Shown here: piece by piece, positions 54,863 through 64,000 of the stretch
How positions within the stretch are numbered: the stretch's first letter is position 1
How the letters are laid out: every line of letters starts with the position of its first letter
NCBI GenBank assembly: GCA_964057225.1
Contig: OZ059894.1
Location: 7,006,001 to 7,070,000, forward strand
Direction: 5' to 3'
From: Auanema rhodensis
Lineage: Eukaryota; Animalia; Nematoda
Length of the DNA: 64,000 nucleotides
The notes under the pieces: generated by a model
The model's input: the letters and a program-made list of their open reading frames with translations, nothing else
Databases searched by the model: none
Told to the model about the DNA's origin: nothing
Program-made: the position numbers and the translations under genes

Positions 54863-55976
54863 TTACGAACTTTTGATCAAAGCCATAGCTGCAAAGGAGC
54901 TGTTGTTCAGTTTTTCCATCAGATGTTTGCAAGCGGCTCCAGCATCTTTCACTAATGTATCAGTGCCAGTTGGTCCAATCAACCGTGGGAATGGAGCACG
55001 CGAATCTGGAAGAACAGTATATATATTTGCCAACTATACGCTATGAATTAAAAAATCAAAATTATTTTTACAAGAAAACAAAAACGGTATTGCGTACGTT
55101 AACGTGATTTTGAAAAAGTTAATTTTAATACGAATAAATGGAGAGAACGGTTGTTCATGGACGTGATATAAGTAAAAACAGAACTAACCAAGTTCATACA
55201 AGTTGCCATTCTTGTTTACATAGCAAATGAAATGATGTTCAACGTTTTCAATTTGAGCTGATTCTCCTTGCTGAGCAGCTTCAGCATGAGCCGCAGCTAA
55301 TGCTTCATCTAGAAAAAAAATAATTAAAGCAATAAAAGCCAAATGGATTCACTTTTGGCTAATAGATCAGACCGATCTTCAATTCCAGTGGCTTTAGCAG
55401 ATTGTAGCCATTGTGCAAAAGCATCGGTTCCTATAATAGGTACCATGAATTGTAGATGTTATAACAGATGTTATACCCGGATCAACAATTCCTTCCAAGT
55501 TGGCGAGAGCGTGGAACAGAGCAAACGTTCCACAAGCATTGGAAATCTTTTGTTTCATGAAGAATACTTCCGGATAATCTGTTTTTCCTTCCTTTTTCAA
55601 TTCTTCATAAATTGGATGCATAATATCATCAACCTGACATTAGAAATTAGTTAGTAGAGTTTCTAGTCGATACTATATGTAAGTTTGTGAGTAACATATC
55701 AACTATTTACTGCTTAATAGTATTTTTACTCAAAGAAAAGTAGGCACAAACCTTCTTATACTCAGGGAAACACAAGATCATGGCAAGTTGTGGCTTAGGC
55801 ACAAATTGAAGCACTTCATCATCGAAGCTGAACACGTCTATGCATTCTACTCCTTTCACTCCAATTTTCGATAGGTACTGAAAGCAAGAACATAGAAGGC
55901 TTCATTATATCACTTGATTTACCGGATTAATGGTCTCAGGGTTGGATTCCAATGGGGACCAAACAAATTCAGACAT
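54863..55976 (-). CDS. Ubiquitin C-terminal hydrolase (UCH-L1/L3 family, peptidase C12; ubh-1/2/3-like), copy A
   Basis: MSEFVWSPLESNPETIN..FFMKQKISNACGTFALFHAL..EHHFICYV..LYELDSRAPFP..SFAAMALIKSS*. Catalytic Q, C, H and D are intact. Confidence 0.93.
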
Positions 55977-55987
55977 TTTCACTGTAA
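55058..55987. repeat. Inverted repeat arm 1 (~930 bp, UCH copy A exons 1-5 with introns)
   Basis: Reverse complement of 57783-58713. The ORF track shows identical mirrored ORFs (55343-55654 / 58116-58427; 55394-55621 / 58149-58376). The only difference noticed is a 1-nt poly-T length change. Confidence 0.95.
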
Positions 55988-57277
55988 CACAACGATTCTG
56001 TGATTATTATAAAAATATAAGTCATATGAAATAAAGATGGTTAACGAATATTTTAATAATGAAAACGAAGCTGACAATAAGTAATATTGAAAATATCTGA
56101 TTAAATATAATCAGTAATCAACTTATAACTTAAATTATTCAATCTTGGACCGAAAATTCACAAGAGGTGTAAACAGAGCAGACGGCTGAAAGAGTGACCA
56201 GCTATTCGACCACAAAAAGCCGGGGCTGAACCAGAGGTTACATAAATGAAAAAGAAAGACAAAGCTGGTAGCGACTGGCACAATCGATAGCCAGCAGGCG
56301 GAACCATCCAATTAAAGAGATAATTAAAATCATCAACAGTCTCTTTTTTTTCATTTCGTGACTACTTCATGAGCACGAACATATTGATGACATTCATAAA
56401 GCAGGTTGCATAGATATAAAGATATGCATGTTCTCATAGAAGAAATATACTATGAAAGAACGGAAGTTATTCATCGAATTCTCAACAATTTGACAGGGTT
56501 AAAATTAGTAATATGCTGATCGTGCTGAATGATACTATACACAATGCTAAGATGAACAAGATCATATACAAACGGGCATCATATTTGCTAAAATTTCGAA
56601 ATAGCTATGAATTAGCTTTATTTACAATTAAATTAACTCGATAAAATATATAGTCAGAACAAGAGTCTTTTATTTCTAACAAACGATTCACAAAAATTAG
56701 CATAAACATAAAAAAAACTGTCGTTATTGGCTATTAGTAGCAGCTCATTTTAGTATTTTCTTTCACCAGAGGACGGTTGTATTTTCATTCGTTTCAAATA
56801 TAGAAAGCAGTTCATATCTAGCAAATCATGCAAAACAATTTAGAATTTTTGCCAGAATCAAAACCGAGATTTACTCGTGTAATGTAACTGTGTTCATAAG
56901 GATATAGAAAAGGGGCCTGCAATTATCATCCTTACAGAAATTCGAGAAAGATGCTCCAATTCAAAAAATTCGCTCCATTACGGCAGTGTCATAGCTATTA
57001 CTTGATCATTTATAACTTTATATGGTTAAGTTGTTGAAGGCTGACCAAAAATAAGCAGACAACTAATTTTTCATGGTTAAAATTGTTAATTTAGATGATG
57101 GCTATAGGAAATTTTGTGCCCATTCATTACACCCCTCAGGCAATAAACAACTTCAATTTCACTACTACAATGTATTCTTTTTTAAAGTATCAGGCTATAT
57201 TAGAAGGGTATGTAATAATTTGAACATTATATAATTTTTAATTAAAAACAATTGAATAGCTATATATACATTTAAAA

Positions 57278-57278
<1 letters not shown>

Positions 57279-57342
<64 letters not shown>
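57279..57342. repeat. (TA)n microsatellite in the spacer between the UCH inverted repeats
   Basis: About 32 uninterrupted TA units. Confidence 0.95.
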
Positions 57343-57347
<5 letters not shown>

Positions 57348-57782
57348 GTAATTTATTCTGATCATGACCAGATACTGGATCACTAAGTTTCATATCTGTC
57401 CTTCTGTTCTCAAAGTTACATGACTTTACCTCCTACATGATGATGTGATTTATATAATGTATTGATATTTATGTGAATATGAGTAGTATTGACTTACCAC
57501 TATATTAAAAATCATTGTGTTAGACATGAATTAATCAGTTGGAGTGAGCATGTTTCTCACGTTTGATCCCGTCAGTTTGATTTCTCTAGGAAAAGTCGAG
57601 AAGGATTAATTAATATTATCGAAAAAAGGACACTACTAATTGATCATAAATTAGGACGTGAGAACTGTTCCTGCTATATATACATATGTGCTGTATCCCG
57701 AAATATATTTCTCAAAATTTTGAAACTATTGTAACTAATTAACTTATATCTGTTGCTCTTGTCTTGTTGTTTGAAAGCTTAA

Positions 57783-58713
57783 TTACAGTGAAAATGTCTG
57801 AATTTGTTTGGTCCCCATTGGAATCCAACCCTGAGACCATTAATCCGGTAAATCAAGTGATATAATGAAGCCTTCTATGTTCTTGCTTTCAGTACCTATC
57901 GAAAATTGGAGTGAAAGGAGTAGAATGCATAGACGTGTTCAGCTTCGATGATGAAGTGCTTCAATTTGTGCCTAAGCCACAACTTGCCATGATCTTGTGT
58001 TTCCCTGAGTATAAGAAGGTTTGTGCCTACTTTTCTTTGAGTAAAAATACTATTAAGCAGTAAATAGTTGATATGTTACTCACAAACTTACATATAGTAT
58101 CGACTAGAAACTCTACTAACTAATTTCTAATGTCAGGTTGATGATATTATGCATCCAATTTATGAAGAATTGAAAAAGGAAGGAAAAACAGATTATCCGG
58201 AAGTATTCTTCATGAAACAAAAGATTTCCAATGCTTGTGGAACGTTTGCTCTGTTCCACGCTCTCGCCAACTTGGAAGGAATTGTTGATCCGGGTATAAC
58301 ATCTGTTATAACATCTACAATTCATGGTACCTATTATAGGAACCGATGCTTTTGCACAATGGCTACAATCTGCTAAAGCCACTGGAATTGAAGATCGGTC
58401 TGATCTATTAGCCAAAAGTGAATCCATTTGGCTTTTATTGCTTTAATTATTTTTTTTTCTAGATGAAGCATTAGCTGCGGCTCATGCTGAAGCTGCTCAG
58501 CAAGGAGAATCAGCTCAAATTGAAAACGTTGAACATCATTTCATTTGCTATGTAAACAAGAATGGCAACTTGTATGAACTTGGTTAGTTCTGTTTTTACT
58601 TATATCACGTCCATGAACAACCGTTCTCTCCATTTATTCGTATTAAAATTAACTTTTTCAAAATCACGTTAACGTACGCAATACCGTTTTTGTTTTCTTG
58701 TAAAAATAATTTT
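57783..58713. repeat. Inverted repeat arm 2 (~930 bp, UCH copy B exons 1-5 with introns)
   Basis: Reverse complement of 55058-55987. Confidence 0.95.
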
Positions 58714-58862
58714 TAGACTCCCGGGCACCATTTCCTCGGTTAATTGGAGCTACTTCAACTGATTCATTGGTGAAAGATACTGGAATAGCTTGTAAATACC
58801 TAATGAAAAAACTGCAAAAATCGTCTTTTTCTGCTATGGCTTTGATCAAGACGCTGTTATGA
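57794..58862 (+). CDS. Ubiquitin C-terminal hydrolase, copy B
   Basis: Exons 1-5 match copy A in inverted orientation. Distinct last exon DSRAPFPRLIGATSTDSLVKDTGIACKYLMKKLQKSSFSAMALIKTLL*. Confidence 0.92.
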
Positions 58863-59153
58863 AAAATAATTAAAACACTGTGAAATGATTTATTATACGA
58901 ATATATGTCTACTCAACAAGAATATGATACTTGTTCACGAAAATTCCTTGATAAGATAACATTTTTTCCGATATGTTGTTAACTACTCACCCCATGCTCT
59001 ATATGAGATTTTTGATTCAAATAAATATTACATTTACATTATTCTCCTGTTTAAATGTCTGAAGCTTTAAGATGATATCTTTTGGGTGATTTCAACTTTT
59101 TCTTCTGATATCTGATATATTTCGTTGTTTATTTTGGTAATTTTCCAGTTGCG

Positions 59154-60098
59154 ATGTCTGAAGTCACTTGGCCAGCTTTAGAATCCAACCCAGATTCCAT
59201 CAATTCCGTTCGTTTGCTTTGATGAATGACTTAATATCTGAGAGATTTACAGTTCCTTACTCGTATTGGAGTATCGGGAGTTGAATGCGTAGATGTTTAT
59301 TCTTTTGATGATGAAATGCTTGCCTTCATCCCGAGTCCACAATTAGCATTGATTCTCTGTTTTCCTTCTGATCAAGTTTGTTTCATGAAAGGTGGGAAAG
59401 GAAGAGCAATCATTCTATATCCAGGCTGCCGACTATATGGCAACTATATATAAAACTATGGAGGAAGAAGGACGTGGTAAACAGGACGACGTATTTTTTA
59501 TGCAACAGAAAATTGAGAATGTATGCTATCGTTATAATTTATGAAGATAATTTTCTATATGTAGGCTTGTGGAACATTTGCTCTGTTTCATTCTTTAGCT
59601 AATATGGACAATGTTGGTCTAGGTTATTCATTGTACAATACTGTGTTTAAAACATAGCTATTTGATAGGTGACGGTCCTTTCAAAAAATGGCTTGATGAA
59701 GCTAGAAGTAAGCCAGAAACGGAAAGATCAAATTTGCTGGCTTCAAGTAACCTTGGATTTAATAGTTCAAAGATTTACTTTCTCTCTTCAGATAATGAAT
59801 TAGCTGCAGCCCATGAAGAAACTGCTGCTAGAGGTGAGACTGAACAACCTGACAAGGTTCAATACCACTTCATTACCTATGTTGCCAAAAATGGAAATCT
59901 CTATCAGATTGGTAAAGCTCGTGTGAAAGTGGAATGTCTGACTACTTCAATTTAGACTCGTCTGCTCCTTTTCCTCGCTTAATTGGACCCACAACCTCAG
60001 AAACTCTTGTGAAAGACGCTGGTAAAGCAGTTCAAGAATTGGTTGATATTATTCAAACCTCCTCCTTTGCTGCTATGGCTCTTGTTGGAAAAGAGTAG
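59154..60098 (+). CDS. Ubiquitin C-terminal hydrolase, copy C (diverged paralogue)
   Basis: MSEVTWPALESNPDSIN..FFMQQKIEN|ACGTFALFHSL..QYHFITYV..LYQIDSSAPFP..SFAAMALVGKE*. TTCCAG acceptor 5 nt before the ATG. Confidence 0.93.
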
Positions 60099-60900
60099 CA
60101 GGCCTAGTTGTCTCGTTTTTTTGTGATACGGCGGATTGTTATCTACTATATCCGATAAATATGAATCTTTGTCGTATTTTCCGTTTTCTTCTCATATGAT
60201 TTTCTTCTTCTTGTTCTATGTCTTGTTCATGATGTCACTAAATCGTTTCTGTTATCTAGGTGCGACGATTTTGCGAAGCTCACAATCATCTTGTAACTGT
60301 TGTGATTATGTGGTCGGTGTATGATGAATCTGCAAATGATCTGAGTCATATAACCCGAACAAACACCACGTGATCTTTGGATAACTGGTTTTGGTTTCAT
60401 ATGGAATTCTGCATAACTTCTGTGAGTTGCTTCTCTGGGCCTTTCGCTTGTGATCCAACTTGGAGTTATCACGTGCGATAGCGATGATGATTAGTGGGAG
60501 GGGACAGCCCCTCCTTTAGGCCAAGCAACGCTCACTATCATCAGTATCTGAATCTGACGACGACAGCGTATGGTTGAAAACGGGTTCTCGTGCCACCATT
60601 TAACGTCTGTATTTCTCTCTCTCTCTATTTCTTTTCGTCCCTTGAAGGAGACTCTTTTCATACTTTATCACCAACTTATACGTTTTCCTATTGTCTTCTC
60701 GCAGTTTGACCATTGTTTTTTGCACTCGACAGTCTTTCATGTCTCCGTCTCTTCCCGTTACTATTCAGCTTACTTGTAATTGCCAAAGAGACGTTTCAGT
60801 TTTGTTACCACGACCTCTTGCCAGAAGCATTGTTCTTCGTTGTCATGATTGCTCTCATTTTCTTACATGTTTTTAAATTTTTGACGCGTGCTGCTTCCAG

Positions 60901-61447
60901 ATGAAACTGTCATCGTCTTTGAGCACTTTAATAAGCGAATGGGTGGCTCTCCAAAAGTCACCAGATGCTAAAATATCTTCACAGTCTTCCAGTGATATAC
61001 GACAAGCTATAGCTGAAGAGAAGAGAGATTACTTTCAACGAATGAAAGAAGAGGTATTAGCCTATAGTTTGTATAATAATCTTATTAAATGTTCTCGATT
61101 TAAGACTCTATCAGCCCCACCAAGATCTAGATGTGTTTCGGAAACTCATGCTGCAAACTACGACAATGATTCCACAATACCTATCGGGGGTAGATTGCGT
61201 GCCAGTTCAATGCGAACTGAAGTTCGTCCACACAGCATGCTCGAAAGAATTCGAAGCAAAATCAGTCCATCCAGAGAAAAAGATGTATGTTTTACCTTGA
61301 TCATTTAATCATTTTTAATTTTTATTGAACTATTCATATTCCTTCATGTTCTAGGTGATCGATGAAGAAGATGAAGTTGCAGAATTAGCTCGTAAATGCT
61401 CAGTTATTACACAACCCAGAAACACATTGAATATCGTAATCGTCTAA
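60901..61447 (+). CDS. Small hypothetical protein (~140 aa, 3 exons, Ser/Arg-rich)
   Basis: TTCCAG immediately before ATG 60901. Exons 60901-61053, 61105-61284 and 61355-61447 are in frame: MKLSSSLSTLISEW..DYFQRMKEE|TLSAPPRSRCVSE..RLRASSM..SPSREKD|VIDEEDEVAELARKCSVITQPRNTLNIVIV*. Confidence 0.65.
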
Positions 61448-61749
61448 ATCTTCCAGAATGAAAGACGAATCTGTTTATTCAATCTCATGTAATTACCTGA
61501 TCTCGTTTACATATTCTTTTTCTCAGATATATAAAGCAATTACCTTCTTCATTTCCTGTTTTTTTCATTGCTGTTTGGTTTGAAAACTTATTGTCTTATT
61601 TAGAGACAAGGTGGTTAATATGCCATTGAATATTTGAATAACTATCTCATATTTTAATTTTTTTTCCGAAACATTTACTATTATTAATATTCATGTATTA
61701 TTGAATATCTGTTTTAGTTCTTATATTTGACTCCCCAACAGCTTAATTG

Positions 61750-63747
61750 ATGTCGGTTGTACCTCTCAGAATTGCCATTATAACAGGTTATTCTTCAACA
61801 AAAATTATTGTAAATTATAAGTTTTTTTATTCAATTTCTATTAAATAATAAAAATTGAAGATTTATTGAATTATTAGTTGTATTCGATTGTTTAGTCAGC
61901 GACACACGTGATGAAAAAAGTGATTTGACGGCTCCTGCTGTTAAATCCTGTATCGAATCTAGCTTGTAAGTTGTGATTGAAATGGTCAAAACACCAGAAT
62001 TCATATGAAAACATTTTTTTGAATGAAATTTTCACGTAATTCTTTCAACTTCAGCCCGGGCGAGCAAAAGGTTGAATTCCAATATGATATCGTAAAGGAC
62101 GAGAAAGATCTGATTGTGGAGAAATTGAGGAATTTTTCAAACAATTCGGGTTCGTTTTCTTTGTCTCTGGACCACCATCAAGGTCTTCGTTATTGATTTC
62201 ATCGATAAAACTATGTTTCCCGAGATGATATCCAGCCTGCGGCAGCACGTACCTGATTTAGAAACGACATCGTTTTGTTTTTTGATGTTTGAATATTCGA
62301 CGTCTTGAATAATCATCATATTAGCAGCAGCTATAACAACTCACAAAATTAATTGTTTGTTCTTTAGACTTGATTTTAACTCTGGGGGGTACCGGCTTTT
62401 CATCTCGTGATGTTACTCCAGAGGTAAGACAATTTTTGAAAAACGAAAGCATGTTGCATGTTTCATCTTTGAACTCAGTCAACGTGAGTTTAATTAATTT
62501 ATTTTTGGCTTAAGGCGACATTAGAAGTGGTTGAACGTCGTTGCTCTGGTTTGGAAATTGCTTTGCATACACGTTCTTTGGAAGAAACTCCAATGGCTGC
62601 ACTATCACGGGCTGTTGGTAAGTGGATGTTCAATGATTCAATTATGATGTCAAAATTGGGTAATATGCCATTAAAGAAGTAGGGTACCAGTATAATAAAA
62701 AGGGAGAAATAAATGAGATATTTACTTTCAACAAACTATATAGAATATAAATATTATCTGCTGAATAGTCTGCTGATGAGAACTTTTTGAAATTTACACT
62801 TAGTGATTACAAGGGCAGGAAAAAAGCAAAATTTCATGATATTATAATACAGTTATACACTAGCAATAATAAATCCCATCAATCACACATGCGTTTCAGC
62901 TGATAAAACATGCACTTCGATCATATATCGAATTGCAAACTTATGCAATAAGTCTTCAATATAGGTTGTAAGTCAGAAATTCATATGCCCTCTAGTCGAA
63001 CGACATATTATGGACATCTAAGTTGTAATCATATAATTTATTATTGTTTTTGAGTTCAATATCTCTGAACTCTATCTTTCATGTGTTGGTATAGAAATGA
63101 GATGAAGGCAAAATGAATTTTAGACTAATTTTCCAAATTTCAAATTTGCAAAAATCTGTATTCTTCTTTTTTTCTGTTTTTACATCTAATTAAACCTCAC
63201 TAGTTAGTATTTTGTTTTAATATTTTTGTTTTCAGCTGGTATACATGGACGTACTTTAATTGTTAACTTTCCTGGAAGTCCTAAAGCAGTGCCTGTAAGT
63301 TATTTTGCAAATTCACAATAATATTATATAAAAGTAACTTAAATTGTGAAAGTGTTGTTGGGCAAACACCATTTTTTTCGAAAAAAAAAACCAATCAAGA
63401 TTCTAATCAAAACGTGAAACGTGAAGCTCGACCGCTCGCTAGGTTATGTCTCATTTTCATGCGTGTGATAACAAGGTGCGGTTGTAATCATAACCCAGGG
63501 TTGTTGCATTCCATACTCAGTACGGTAATATACTAACTGTCACTGTGTACTGTAGGCTCCAAATGGCTTTTAACATTACACTGTAGTTTTGAAACAATCA
63601 TTGAAAACTCTTATGAATAACACAAGTCTTCTATTTTATATTTTATAGTGTTATTGGAATGTACTGAAGCCCATTCTGGGTCATGGAGTTAGATTACTGC
63701 GTGGAGACGATGTTACCGCTGATCATGCACTGCAATTGTCCAAGTAA
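61750..63747 (+). CDS. moc-2: Molybdopterin adenylyltransferase (MogA / gephyrin G-domain), 7 exons
   Basis: MSVVPLRIAIITVSDT..D..IVKDEKDLI..DLILTLGGTGFSSRDVTPEAT..TPMAALSRAVAGIHGRTLIVNFPGSPKAV..VLKPILGHGVRLL: the standard MogA motifs. Confidence 0.9.
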
Positions 63748-64000
63748 ACGATGTCATCGAACCAGACGTTTTTTCATGATTGCAATATTTATGTGTGACC
63801 ATATAAGATATTTAAGTGTTGAGAAGAAAAAAAAAGTTTTTTCCAAACGTACTGTGTTATCAAAATGTTGTTTCTCTCGATGTTTTTGACAGTAGACATG
63901 CAATTTGATATTCATATATCACTAGAAAAGAAGAAATAACGGATTTTTGGTCAACACCACAAAAAAAAAGAAAAATGCATCTGTATATACAACTACAGTA

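Noticed and set aside
55343-55654. 103-aa ORF present twice (also 58116-58427)
   Set aside because: Antisense shadow of the duplicated UCH exons.

Overview
AT-rich eukaryotic genomic DNA from a rhabditid nematode. Evidence: many 40-55 nt introns, TTTCAG/TTTTAG trans-splice-like acceptors just upstream of start codons, and Caenorhabditis-like proteins. Splice sites are more relaxed than in C. elegans, so it is probably another rhabditid genus (inference). Hand-spliced gene models in order: EGF-repeat type I membrane protein (+), dbl-1 BMP ligand (+), calmodulin cmd-1 (-), an ~11 kb non-coding stretch, a cuticlin-like ZP protein (-), a hypothetical gene (-), cytosolic malate dehydrogenase mdh-1 (+), a 63-aa secreted-peptide ORF (+), dpy-11/TMX1 (+), three ubiquitin C-terminal hydrolases (-,+,+), a small hypothetical gene (+) and moc-2 (+). 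Most interesting: (1) a splice donor overlapping the calmodulin stop codon that would give a 194-aa calmodulin with a 46-aa tail; (2) two head-to-head UCH genes with ~930 bp of near-identical inverted sequence but different last exons; (3) a ~350-nt structured intergenic RNA candidate with an H/ACA-like 3' domain; (4) a structured, small-ORF-rich module with a secreted-peptide ORF between mdh-1 and dpy-11; (5) chained AUGA-overlapping uORFs on dbl-1; (6) two GC-AG terminal introns. All models and RNA folds were derived by eye; no searches were run.
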